From a virus (lineage: Duplodnaviria; Caudoviricetes), in IMG/VR virus record IMGVR_UViG_3300020047_005985, positions 32,001 through 96,000 of that record: 64,000 nucleotides of DNA; one strand, given 5' to 3'. Position 1 is the first letter of the stretch. Each line of letters starts with the position of its first letter. Positions 28,084-38,237 of this stretch are shown here, in pieces. Both the position numbers and the translations under genes were made by a program. A model generated the notes under the pieces. The model was not told the DNA's origin. It worked only from the letters and a program-made list of their open reading frames with translations, and made no database searches.

Positions 28084-29022
28084 TGATCACTCTTCTGCCG
28101 CAGTAATTAGTAATAATTATTAAGAAATATGTAAATTGCTGGAAAGCGACATAACTTATTTCACCACAACATAGTTTGAAAAAACAGGTGTGAGGGTTTG
28201 AAAAGAAATAGGTGTTGTAATCAGCAGCCAAGCTCCTTAAACGGAGAAGGTTCAACGACTAGTATTACTTTAAAAAATTAGACTTTAACTTAGTTAAGGC
28301 ATGACAAAAAGCGATAAAAATTTTATAATAGCTTGTGTTCTTGGAGACGGATGTATAAATCAACGAATTGTAAATAATACAGTTCAAGCAAGGTTTATGC
28401 TTCGACACTCGAATAAACAGTTTGACTATTTTCTATGGAAAGTAGAAAAGTTAAAAACTATACTTAGTAGTTCACAAGCTAAAACATTTCAGAAGAAATC
28501 AGATTATTACTATGAGGATGAATCTGGGAGAAGTAAAATTCTTTCAGTAAAGTTTGAAAGAAATCATCCTTATTTTAAAATATTGTACAGATTTATTTAC
28601 CAAAATAAACGAAAAACATTTTCAAGAAAAGTTTTAGATAGACTTGATCCATTAGGTTTAGCAATATGGTATATGGATGATGGTTCTATTTATAATGCAA
28701 AATATAAAAGAAAAGACGGTGTGGAGAATTATAGATCTTGTACAATACGCTTAAATACATATTTAAGTGAAAAAGAAAACGAAGTGATAATTAAGTATTT
28801 TAAAGATGTGTGGAATATTAACTGGTATCAGGAAAAAGAAAAAAAATTCTATAGATTAAGATGCGGTAAAGCAGACGAGATAAATAAATTTTTTACTATC
28901 ATTAAACCGTTTATAATTCCATCAATGTTATATAAAATCAATATTAAAATTGGCCAACAAGTAATACATAAAACATATCCCCTACCAAGTAACGTTGAGG
29001 GTGAAGATATAGTCTAAATTAG
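28084..29022 (+). mobile_element. group I intron in terminase Walker A
   Basis: Exon GCGGU pairs with IGS GCCGC; P AAAUUGCUGGAAA, Q AAUCAGCAGCCAAGC, R GUUCAACGACUA, S AAGAUAUAGUCU; terminal G at 29022. Confidence 0.9.
28301..29017 (+). CDS. intron-encoded LAGLIDADG homing endonuclease
   Basis: IIACVLGDGCI and LAIWYMDDGS motifs. Confidence 0.92.
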   Translation: MTKSDKNFIIACVLGDGCINQRIVNNTVQARFMLRHSNKQFDYFLWKVEKLKTILSSSQAKTFQKKSDYYYEDESGRSKILSVKFERNHPYFKILYRFIYQNKRKTFSRKVLDRLDPLGLAIWYMDDGSIYNAKYKRKDGVENYRSCTIRLNTYLSEKENEVIIKYFKDVWNINWYQEKEKKFYRLRCGKADEINKFFTIIKPFIIPSMLYKINIKIGQQVIHKTYPLPSNVEGEDIV

Positions 29023-30825
29023 GGAGGAAAGAGTTTTTCTGTTGCTGGAATAGCAACACACATATTAAGTTTTGATGGCGCTAAAGAATATACAAAAGAA
29101 TGGGTAGAAAATCCAACAATTGCGTCTATTAGTATAGGTGCAGGTATTACAGATAAATCTTCTGAACTTGTTTCTAAAATTGTAACAGGTTTAAATAGAT
29201 TAGCAGTTGATAAAGATCTGGGAGTATATGGTACTCCTGAGTCTATTGTATATGAGCCTAATCCATTTTATAGATCTTGGGTAGGTGATTACAAACCAGG
29301 AAATAAAAAGAATCCTTACAGATATGAATATCAAATAGAAACTACAAGAGGTTGGGCACCCAAAGGAACTGGCACAGCTTTATATCATGTAAACTATTCT
29401 GATAAAAAACAAGATGGATCACAAGCTGGTGCTGGAGCAAGGGTTTTATTAGATGCATATGAGGAAATTGGTTTAATGCCTAATTTTAGAGATGCTTTGC
29501 TTTCTAACCAAGCTACTGTTTCTGTAGATGGAGAGCAATTTGGAGTTCAAATAGCTATTGGTACATCAGGTAATATTGAATTAGTTCAACAGTCTAAGTT
29601 GGTTTTTGAAAATCCATCTGAATATAATTTCTTAGAGTTTGATAATTTATGGGAACAATCAGATAAAAAAATTGGATTGTTTATTCCTGCTTATCTTACT
29701 GAACTGAGATTTAAAGATGAAAATGGAAATACTGACATTGAAGCAGCTTTACAACATTATGCCGAAAGAAGAATAGAAGCTGCTTCCAAATCAGATCCTG
29801 CTTCTATTTATAATGAGAAGATGAACTATCCGTTAGTTCCATCTGACATGTGGATTTCAAATAAAGGTTCTTATTTTCCTACTATTGAGTTAATGGAAAG
29901 AGAAAAAGAATTAGTTAGAGATCAATTGTTTAAACAATTAGGTCAGCCAACTAGATTAATTTGGGACTCTAAACAGCCTAATGGAGTTAGAGCTGAATAT
30001 GATCCTGAAATAGAACTAATACAAACGTTTCCTTTTGATAGGACAGTAAATAAAATAGATGGTGGTATTTGTATTTACGAGAAGCCTCAATATCTTAGAG
30101 GATCTATTCCTGATGATATGTATATTGCAACGTTTGACCCTTATGTTTCTGAGAATATAGATGAAGGTGCTTCTTTAGGTGTGACTAAAGTTTTTCTAAA
30201 CCCAAAGTATATTTCTGAAGGATTTAATGGAAATTATTTAGTTGCTACATATATAGGTAAACATCCAAATGGTAAAGATGCTTATTATGAAAATCAGGAA
30301 AAACTTCTAGCTTATTATGGTAATCCTTTAAGAGGATTATGGTATGAAGCAAACAGAGGAGATTCTTGTAGAGGTTATTATATGAAGAAAAATAAAATGC
30401 ATTTATTAGCATTAAGACCATCTAAAGAAAAAGGGTCTTCTGCTGTTCAAAGAAAGGTATTGGAATATGGTATAATGGTTGGAAACCAAGTTGATAAAAT
30501 TCAAATGTGTGATGATACACATGAATGGTTGTTAAAACATACTGTATTTAATGGAAAGCAGTCCAGAGTAGTAGAAATATATCCTTGTTTATTTACTGTA
30601 CAACAACTTATTCAATTTGAATTAAAAGGAAACTATGACGCTGTGTCAGCTTTAATTTTATTTCCTTTAGCTTTAAAGGAAATGGAACATGATATTATAA
30701 AAGAAAGAAGTAAACCTAATAAAAATATACTAGCAGAAATATCTATGAATCCGTTTTTATTTAAGACGGAAGATACTATGCATAGAATAAGAAAATTCAA
30801 TGAGAGAATTGCAAACGAGACTTGA
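29023..30825 (+). CDS. terL: terminase large subunit, exon 2
   Basis: Open from GGKSFS through Walker B (LDAYEEIG), GTSG, nuclease DPY and GNYDAVSA; spliced protein about 791 aa. Confidence 0.9.
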   Translation, partial: GGKSFSVAGIATHILSFDGAKEYTKEWVENPTIASISIGAGITDKSSELVSKIVTGLNRLAVDKDLGVYGTPESIVYEPNPFYRSWVGDYKPGNKKNPYRYEYQIETTRGWAPKGTGTALYHVNYSDKKQDGSQAGAGARVLLDAYEEIGLMPNFRDALLSNQATVSVDGEQFGVQIAIGTSGNIELVQQSKLVFENPSEYNFLEFDNLWEQSDKKIGLFIPAYLTELRFKDENGNTDIEAALQHYAERRIEAASKSDPASIYNEKMNYPLVPSDMWISNKGSYFPTIELMEREKELVRDQLFKQLGQPTRLIWDSKQPNGVRAEYDPEIELIQTFPFDRTVNKIDGGICIYEKPQYLRGSIPDDMYIATFDPYVSENIDEGASLGVTKVFLNPKYISEGFNGNYLVATYIGKHPNGKDAYYENQEKLLAYYGNPLRGLWYEANRGDSCRGYYMKKNKMHLLALRPSKEKGSSAVQRKVLEYGIMVGNQVDKIQMCDDTHEWLLKHTVFNGKQSRVVEIYPCLFTVQQLIQFELKGNYDAVSALILFPLALKEMEHDIIKERSKPNKNILAEISMNPFLFKTEDTMHRIRKFNERIANET

Positions 30826-32233
30826 AAATAATAATGACTCTGTGACTAGAGTATTAAGTGGTATTGAAAAAGCTGCTAAGATTATAACTTCTACAATGGG
30901 AGGTTCTGGTAAAAATGTATTAATGTTTGAAAAAAAGAAACTACAGTTTACAAAAGATGGCGTGTCTGTAGCTAAAAAAATACAACTACAAAATTCTGAG
31001 GAAGATGCAGGGGCGCAAATGTTAATTACTGCTGCAAATAAAACTGTAAAGGAATGTGGAGATGGTACAACATTGACTTCTTTATTTGTACAGGAGTTTG
31101 TATCAAGATTATTTGAAGAGTGTACTAAAGCCCCAATCAATGATGTTTTAGATGATTGGGAAAGACAGGTTAATATTGTTGTATCTGAACTTCAAAAAAG
31201 AAGTTCTAAAATAGAAAAACTGGATGATATTTATAATATTGCTTTTACATCATGTAAGAATGATAAACTTGCGAATCTGATATACGAAATATATAGAAAA
31301 GTTGGATTAAAAGCTTCTATTTCAGTTCAAATGTCAAATGATAGTCCTCATACTATGTATGAAGTTACTAAAGGATTAAATTTTGACGGTGGACTGATTC
31401 ATCCTGGATTTGCTAATCAGTTAAATGGAACTTATCAAGCTGAGAAACCAACTATTCTTATATCTGAAGATATTATGAATGATTTTCAGGGTTATGTGGA
31501 AATGATAAATGATTTTCATGAAGCCAAAACTCCATTAGTAATTATTGCTAGAGATTTCTCTGATTCTTTTATCAGGTATTCTCTTACTAATAAAGAATCA
31601 AAAAACCTGGATATTTGTTTGTTAAAACTTCCAGGATGGGGAGCAGCAGTAAAAGAAAACATAAGAGATATGAAATCTTTTATAAAAAAGGATTCTGTAA
31701 ATAAAATTACAGTTACTCCGATTGATTTTACTCTTTATAATAATCCTGAACAAACTAAAATTAAAAAGAGAATTGGACAATTAGAATCTCAACTGGAAGC
31801 AGTAACTGAAGAATATGATGCTATTGACTATCAACGTAGAATTGATAATTTAAATCAGACTTCTGCAATTATATATGTTGGTGGTAGAACTTTAGCTAAT
31901 GCTCAAGAAGAATTTGATAGAATTGAAGATGCTGTTGGTGCTTGTAAAACTGCTTGTAATTCTGGTTACGTAAAAGGTGCAGGTTCTGAATTAGTAGATA
32001 TTGCAGAATTAGAATTTACTTCTGAATTTAGAAATGTACTTCTGGCCCCTGCTAGAAAAATATTATCTAATGCAAATATTGATATGGAACCTTCTTCTCA
32101 AACATTCAATGTAAAAACAAAACAATTTGATCCAAATCTTTTGGATCCTACTAATGTAGTTATAACGGCACTATTAAACAGCTTTGCCTTAGCCACATTA
32201 TTAATAAACACGTCTCATATATTATATGATTAA
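30800..32233 (+). CDS. groEL: GroEL-like chaperonin (477 aa)
   Basis: TMGGSGKNV, FTKDGVSVAK, GDGTT, DRIEDAV, LDP..V motifs. Confidence 0.92.
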   Translation: MRELQTRLENNNDSVTRVLSGIEKAAKIITSTMGGSGKNVLMFEKKKLQFTKDGVSVAKKIQLQNSEEDAGAQMLITAANKTVKECGDGTTLTSLFVQEFVSRLFEECTKAPINDVLDDWERQVNIVVSELQKRSSKIEKLDDIYNIAFTSCKNDKLANLIYEIYRKVGLKASISVQMSNDSPHTMYEVTKGLNFDGGLIHPGFANQLNGTYQAEKPTILISEDIMNDFQGYVEMINDFHEAKTPLVIIARDFSDSFIRYSLTNKESKNLDICLLKLPGWGAAVKENIRDMKSFIKKDSVNKITVTPIDFTLYNNPEQTKIKKRIGQLESQLEAVTEEYDAIDYQRRIDNLNQTSAIIYVGGRTLANAQEEFDRIEDAVGACKTACNSGYVKGAGSELVDIAELEFTSEFRNVLLAPARKILSNANIDMEPSSQTFNVKTKQFDPNLLDPTNVVITALLNSFALATLLINTSHILYD

Positions 32234-34757
32234 ATTAAAAGTTTCCGAAAAGGAAAAATATAAAAACGATGGTCAATGGTTTAAGGATTATCTTAATGAA
32301 ATTGTACCTGCTCAAATACCGGACAATGATGATTATACTTCAATGTTAACTTGTTATAAAGTTATAAATGGAGATTTATCTGATTTTAAAAGTATGTTGA
32401 AAACATTTTGTCAACCTCTTGGAGAAGATATTGGTGAAGTTGATGAAGAAGTTCAACCTTATCCAGAATTACACAATTCTGTAAATATTTTAAAGGGAGA
32501 AATGATACAGCGTAGAGATGAACTCCATATAATGCTTTTATCAGCCAATGCGATTCAAGCAAAAAATAAAGAAAGGATTGAATTAATTAAACGATCTGTT
32601 GATGAAAAAGTTGCACTTGAAATTCAAAAACTTCAAATGCAAATGCAAGGGATGGATGAAAAACAAACTAATGAATTTATTCAAAATTTACGAACTCAGT
32701 TAGAACCTGAAAATCTTGCACAACAAAATTGGTTATCAGAACTAGAAATATTTTATAATAAAGCGTTACAATATTGTAATTATGAACAAAATGTTTTAGA
32801 TAAAAAAGCAGATACAATGGTAGATGCTACTATATCTGATAGATTTTTTATCTATAATGGATGGAGACATGGAAGACCTGTTATTACAATTCGTAATCCT
32901 TTATACGGAACTTGGTTAAAATCACCTAATGAGAAATTTATTCACAAGGGAGATTGGTTTGCATATCAACAACCAATTACATTAGGTTCTGCAATAGAAG
33001 AATATAATTTATCAGATGATGATATTGAAAAACTTCAAGTTACTTTTGGAAGAGGATTAGACAAAAGGCATTCATTAGGGCCAGACGGTAAGGTAGTATT
33101 TGACCATACTAAACAAGATCTACTTATTAATCAAACTAAACCTAGCATTGATAAAACAATTGGGTTGAGTCAGACAGATAGTTATTTATCTAATAATAGA
33201 ACTTTGATTTGGGAAACTCACTTTGAATTTAAAGCTTTTAAAGAATTAATCTTTTTGAGTTATAAGGATGAATATGGAGAACTCGTAACTTCTGTTTTAG
33301 ATTCAGGATTTGAAATTCCAGAAAAAGCCGTAAAAGAAAAATTTATTAATAGGTATGATATGGAGTCCGAGCGATATACTTGGGAAGATTACGGATTATT
33401 CTTTACTGCTGAAAAGTTGTGGATTCCTAGAAAATATGAAATAATTAGATTAGGTTCAGACGTATATCCTATTTATAGAGAAGTTCCTTATCAAGTAACT
33501 AACATTGAACGTCCATTTGATTCTTTTAGTCTTTCTACTAAAGGAGCAGTGATTAATAATAGAAATGCAAAATCGGTTTCTTTAGTTCAAAGAGCAATTC
33601 CTCCTTACTTACAATATATTTTCATAAAACATATTATGAATAGAGAACTTGCTAAATATCAAGGTGCTATTCAAAGTATTGATATAGATCAAATTCCAGA
33701 TAATTTAGGAGAAGATTTATATGGAAATAATATTAGGAGTAAACTTTTAACTTATCTTGCTTTTATAAAAAAGACTAATAAAGATATTTACTCAGGTAGT
33801 CAAACTAGTTACGGTGCTCTACCACCTTCTACAAGAAGTCCAGGTTCAAATGGTTATTTAATAGGAACTGCTGTTGAATTAATGAATCTTCATCAGTTAT
33901 CTGAATTAGTGAAACAGGAAATAGCAATGGCTATGGGAATTAGTCCTCAAAGGCAAGCTACTTTCCAACAAGGATCTAATGTTTCAGATAACCAGCAAAG
34001 TATTAAACAAAGTTACGCTATTACAGAACCATATTTCTTCATACAATCGTTAGTTTGGAAAGATGCTTTAAATGATTGGTTATGTGATTTTAGAACTTAT
34101 TGTGAAACTCAAATGAAACTTAGAGATGTTCCTGAATTATCTTTTCAGTATTGGCTTCCAGGTAACGTTGAAGAAACTTTGACTGTAACACCTAAAATGC
34201 TAGAACCTATTGATCTAGGTTTATTTTTACAAACTGCTTCTGGAGCAGAAGAATATGCTAGATATATGTTACAACAAGCTCAAGCTTTTGCTCAAAATCA
34301 AGGTCAAGGTATTACTGCTGTAAGTCAGATTTTAAAAGATATTGTTGCTAAAGGTAGCCCTGAAGAAATTCACAAACGTATTCAAATTGAAGAAAATAAA
34401 TTTCATCAAAGACAAGTTGAACTTCAACAACTACAAGCTAATAATCAACAACAGTTACAGGAAACTCAAAATCAATTTTTACTCCAACAACATGAAAGAG
34501 AAAAAGAATTGATTATTTTAAAAGAACAGGAGCGTAGAGAAACTGAAATTCAAAAAGCTACTATTTCTGCATTGGGTTTTAGTAAGGATACTGACGTAGA
34601 TGATGATGGAACTCCTGATGTTATAGAAATTGCTAACTATACACTTAAAGAAGAAAAATTATCTTTGGATAAGAAAACGCAGGAGGACAATGTTAGGTTA
34701 AAAGAAAAAGAATTAAAAATAAAAGAAAAAATTGCAAATAAGCCGACTAGTAAATGA
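32226..34757 (+). CDS. portal protein (crAss-like)
   Basis: 843 aa; N.LKGE..R, SLV....P.Y..Y, GISPQR motifs, Q-rich tail; position. Confidence 0.85.
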   Translation: MIKLKVSEKEKYKNDGQWFKDYLNEIVPAQIPDNDDYTSMLTCYKVINGDLSDFKSMLKTFCQPLGEDIGEVDEEVQPYPELHNSVNILKGEMIQRRDELHIMLLSANAIQAKNKERIELIKRSVDEKVALEIQKLQMQMQGMDEKQTNEFIQNLRTQLEPENLAQQNWLSELEIFYNKALQYCNYEQNVLDKKADTMVDATISDRFFIYNGWRHGRPVITIRNPLYGTWLKSPNEKFIHKGDWFAYQQPITLGSAIEEYNLSDDDIEKLQVTFGRGLDKRHSLGPDGKVVFDHTKQDLLINQTKPSIDKTIGLSQTDSYLSNNRTLIWETHFEFKAFKELIFLSYKDEYGELVTSVLDSGFEIPEKAVKEKFINRYDMESERYTWEDYGLFFTAEKLWIPRKYEIIRLGSDVYPIYREVPYQVTNIERPFDSFSLSTKGAVINNRNAKSVSLVQRAIPPYLQYIFIKHIMNRELAKYQGAIQSIDIDQIPDNLGEDLYGNNIRSKLLTYLAFIKKTNKDIYSGSQTSYGALPPSTRSPGSNGYLIGTAVELMNLHQLSELVKQEIAMAMGISPQRQATFQQGSNVSDNQQSIKQSYAITEPYFFIQSLVWKDALNDWLCDFRTYCETQMKLRDVPELSFQYWLPGNVEETLTVTPKMLEPIDLGLFLQTASGAEEYARYMLQQAQAFAQNQGQGITAVSQILKDIVAKGSPEEIHKRIQIEENKFHQRQVELQQLQANNQQQLQETQNQFLLQQHEREKELIILKEQERRETEIQKATISALGFSKDTDVDDDGTPDVIEIANYTLKEEKLSLDKKTQEDNVRLKEKELKIKEKIANKPTSK

Positions 34758-35464
34758 AATTAAAATATTGTGTGTACGCGCATTATCGACCTAATGGGGA
34801 TGTTTTCTATATAGGAAAAGCAATATTAAACGGAAACCATTATCGTAGAGCATACACAAAATATAAAAGAAATGATATTTGGAATAAGATCGTTTCTAAA
34901 AATAACAATCTCTTTTTAGTTAAGGAGTTGTATTACTCTGATAACGAAGAAGAATGTTTAAATGTAGAATCACAATTTATAAGAAAATTTGGATGTTTGT
35001 TTGATGGTTCAGGTATTCTAGCAAATTTAGAAGAACGTTCTGGAAGTCATATATCAACATCCAAAATGGTTTATGAAGTAAACGAAAACGGAAATATCAT
35101 TAACACTTATAATTCAGTAGCGACTGTATCACGACAATTAAATTGTGATCCTGGAATAATCGCAAATGTTTGCAGAAGAAGAAGTAAAGGATTAAACGTA
35201 TCCTATAAAACAAGAAAATTTACGTATTGTCCAGAAATCGTTCCGATTATAGAAACACGATCTAAACTTATTAGTAGGATCAACAAAACTCCTATATTCG
35301 CAGAAAGAGACAATGAGTTTTTAGAATTTGATTCTATCAAAAGCTGTTCTAATGAACTTGGACTGTCAGTGCAATGTATTATTAGAAACTTACAAAACAA
35401 AACTATTTCGAGATCAGGGTGGTTCTTTAAAAAGAAGGTTGCTAATAAAAAATCAAGTAAATAA
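34754..35464 (+). CDS. free-standing GIY-YIG homing endonuclease with NUMOD1-like repeats
   Basis: YCVYAH...VFYIGK...RAY, E...I...G.L.N. Confidence 0.85.
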   Translation: MKLKYCVYAHYRPNGDVFYIGKAILNGNHYRRAYTKYKRNDIWNKIVSKNNNLFLVKELYYSDNEEECLNVESQFIRKFGCLFDGSGILANLEERSGSHISTSKMVYEVNENGNIINTYNSVATVSRQLNCDPGIIANVCRRRSKGLNVSYKTRKFTYCPEIVPIIETRSKLISRINKTPIFAERDNEFLEFDSIKSCSNELGLSVQCIIRNLQNKTISRSGWFFKKKVANKKSSK

Positions 35465-35544
35465 GTATTTTACATTTATGTAATCATAGGGGCAAAATTA
35501 TAGCATATTGATTAATGTTAATTCATTAAGTATTTAATATGTTG

Positions 35545-35552
35545 TAATTTTG
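35545..35552 (+). promoter_or_regulatory. TAATTTTG promoter-like element within an inverted repeat
   Basis: TAnnTTTG 20 nt before the scaffold gene; arm of a 35491-35554 hairpin. Confidence 0.45.
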
Positions 35553-35572
35553 TTTCAAGAAAATTAAGAAAT

Positions 35573-36565
35573 ATGACAACATTACCAACACTTGAAGGTG
35601 TTAACAAGTCAGATGTAATTTTGACTTTAGAAGATTTAGTTTCAGATACTCAAACTGAAATACAAGAAGAGTTTACAGAAGAATCAGATCAGGAAGATTT
35701 AGATAATGAACCTGAAGAATCGGGTGAAGAAACAAATGAACCTGAAGGTGATATTCTGGCATTACATGTTTATGAGACTTTAGTAGAAAAAAACTTAATT
35801 CCTAAAAGCGATGACTTTGATGGGACATTTGATTATATTGAACAAAGTTTATTGAGTCGTCCTAAAGAACTTGTAAAACAAGAAATATCAACTTATCCAG
35901 ATTTTTCACAGCAAGTTTTAAACTATGTTTCTACTGCTGGTCAAAATCTAACAGAAGAAGAATTTAAAAATTTTGTAAAAGAATTTATTAATGAACAAGA
36001 TACTCCTGACGTATCTACATTAGATTCTGCTAGGTCTTACTTAGAAGAACATCTTAAGCAATCTGGTTTAAGACCTGCTGCAATTCAAGCTCAATTAGAT
36101 GAGTTAGAAGATTCAGATGAACTTATATCAGAAGCTGAAAAATTATTACAACAAAAAGAAAAACAAACAGATAAACTTATAAAAGCTAAGGAAGTAGAAA
36201 ATACTGAAATAACCGAAGCTCAAAAACAATTTTTTGATTCTGTACAAACAGTACTTCAGGAAGTAAAATGGACACAACCTCAGAAAGATAAGGTGTTACA
36301 AACTATTCCTAAAACAAATACAATTTTCGCAGAAATATCTAAAAACCCAAAGGCTTATGTTCAACTTATAGATTTCTTATCTAAGTTTGACGGTAAGGAA
36401 TTTAACATGGAATCTTATCTGAAACAAGGTGAGTCTAGAGCAACATCTCAATTAAAAGAGAAGTTGGAAAAATCTGGTTATGATTCTGCTGGTAAATCTA
36501 AGTCTGGTAATCCAACAGATCTTTCTAAGAATGATGATTTGAAAAAATATACAATGATTATTTAA
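35573..36565 (+). CDS. acidic scaffold-like protein
   Basis: Acidic N-terminus, coiled coil, directly upstream of major capsid. Confidence 0.7.
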   Translation: MTTLPTLEGVNKSDVILTLEDLVSDTQTEIQEEFTEESDQEDLDNEPEESGEETNEPEGDILALHVYETLVEKNLIPKSDDFDGTFDYIEQSLLSRPKELVKQEISTYPDFSQQVLNYVSTAGQNLTEEEFKNFVKEFINEQDTPDVSTLDSARSYLEEHLKQSGLRPAAIQAQLDELEDSDELISEAEKLLQQKEKQTDKLIKAKEVENTEITEAQKQFFDSVQTVLQEVKWTQPQKDKVLQTIPKTNTIFAEISKNPKAYVQLIDFLSKFDGKEFNMESYLKQGESRATSQLKEKLEKSGYDSAGKSKSGNPTDLSKNDDLKKYTMII

Positions 36566-36580
36566 TAACTTTTAACATTA

Positions 36581-38176
36581 ATGGAACGTAGATCCGCATT
36601 AGTAACTCATGAGCGTTCAGCTTGGGGTGGTAGCTATTTTGATAGCTTCACTCATGCTAACTTATTCAGAAGTTACTCTCCTTTTGAAATGGGCGTAAAA
36701 GGCGCTCAACTGTTTTCTTCTAAAATTGGAGAAGACATGGTGAACAAAAAATTCACATATTATACTGTTGCCCAAAAAGAAGTTCATATGCTTCCAGGTG
36801 GAACAGACGACTACTCTTGGTATCTCATGGGTAGCACAGCAAACGAATTTCGTTTTACAGAATTGCTGGTAGATCCAGCATCTACTCCTGGTAAAGGTGG
36901 TTTAAGATTTAAAATTGCTGCTGATAGAGATTGGTTGCATGAGCCAGTTTATATTAAACTTGCTGGTGCTGATCTTCCCTTATTGCGTATTATTGGTCAA
37001 GCTACCCAGCGTTCAGTAAACTCTTTTGAATATGAAGTTGAACTTCAAACAGGAGATATGAATGCTTGGATTCCAGTGAAGTACTTGCAACCTGGAATGA
37101 CTTTTGTACAAGAAACTACTTTCACTGCGGACGAACTTAATACTAAGTATGGCCCTGATGATTTTGGTGAAATGTTTAAACTGCAAAACTGGTGTACTCA
37201 GTATTCTCGTAAAGCAGAATTTACAGACAAATTCATTCGTACAGAAATTGAATGTGCAAAAAAGAAAACTCAAAGACCAACTGACGGTTATACTATAGCT
37301 GGTCAGAAAATGAAAGGAGCTGCTGTAAGCTCTGGTTATGTTTATCAAACTAATCTTCAAACTAAAGAGGGTAAGGCTATTTCTAAAGGTACTTTTATTA
37401 CTAATATTGAGGCTCGCCTTGAAGAAAGAGTAATGTGGGATCGTGAAATGGCAATGGAATCTGGTCAATTGCAAAAAACATTTGATGTTGATTCAGGTCG
37501 TCCAATCAAGATTCCAGCAGGTTGGAGACAACTTGTTAAAGAAGGTCAGTATCTTGAACATAATGGTGATTTAAGTCTTGCTGATATTTTTGGTTTCTTT
37601 CAAAACCAGTTCTTAACTCGTAAAGGTTTTTCTGATCGTAAGATTAAGATTGCATCTGGTGAGGGTGGAATTCAATTTTTAAGTCAAAAGATTTTTGAAG
37701 AGTACTCAACTATTGTAACAGTAGATACTTTGTTTGCTCAAAAGAGAACTGATCCTGAAGGGTATCATTCTAATGAACTTGAGTATGGTGCGCAATTCAC
37801 TAAAATCAAAATGATGAACGGTTTGGAAGTATCCATTGTTCATGATCCTACTAAAGATGATAGAAGTCGTTTCCCTGAGTTAGCTCCTGGAACCAACTTT
37901 ACCTTAGAGTCTTTTACTATGGATATTTTTGATTTGGGTGTAACCGATCAAACTCCACAAGGTATGAATGGTCAAAACTTGACTATGGTTATGCAAGATG
38001 GTGTGGAAGAATATTACACTGTATCAGGTGCATATGATTTTGCAACTGGTGCAGAAGTGTCAGGTAGTAATGTATCTACCAATTCTAAGGAGTTAGGTAT
38101 CTACCGTACTATCGCTGGTTCATTGAACGCATGGGACGTAAGTCGTATTGGTTCTATTAGATTAAAATTAGCATAA
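36581..38176 (+). CDS. major capsid protein
   Basis: 531 aa, crAss-like position, followed by strong terminator, G.G..Q-type and YGAQF motifs. Confidence 0.85.
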   Translation: MERRSALVTHERSAWGGSYFDSFTHANLFRSYSPFEMGVKGAQLFSSKIGEDMVNKKFTYYTVAQKEVHMLPGGTDDYSWYLMGSTANEFRFTELLVDPASTPGKGGLRFKIAADRDWLHEPVYIKLAGADLPLLRIIGQATQRSVNSFEYEVELQTGDMNAWIPVKYLQPGMTFVQETTFTADELNTKYGPDDFGEMFKLQNWCTQYSRKAEFTDKFIRTEIECAKKKTQRPTDGYTIAGQKMKGAAVSSGYVYQTNLQTKEGKAISKGTFITNIEARLEERVMWDREMAMESGQLQKTFDVDSGRPIKIPAGWRQLVKEGQYLEHNGDLSLADIFGFFQNQFLTRKGFSDRKIKIASGEGGIQFLSQKIFEEYSTIVTVDTLFAQKRTDPEGYHSNELEYGAQFTKIKMMNGLEVSIVHDPTKDDRSRFPELAPGTNFTLESFTMDIFDLGVTDQTPQGMNGQNLTMVMQDGVEEYYTVSGAYDFATGAEVSGSNVSTNSKELGIYRTIAGSLNAWDVSRIGSIRLKLA

Positions 38177-38179
38177 ATT

Positions 38180-38215
38180 AAAAAGGAAGGTTGAAATATA
38201 CCTTCCTTTTCTTTT
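38180..38215 (+). terminator. intrinsic terminator
   Basis: aaaaggaagg...ccttcctttt followed by a U-tract. Confidence 0.85.
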
Positions 38216-38237
38216 AGAAAATAAGAAAAATAAAGAT

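Noticed and set aside
27511-30825. Stop-codon reassignment (as in some crAss-like phages) explaining the fragmented terminase
   Set aside because: The break is fully explained by a group I intron; long late genes read through in the standard code and no clear suppressor tRNA is present.
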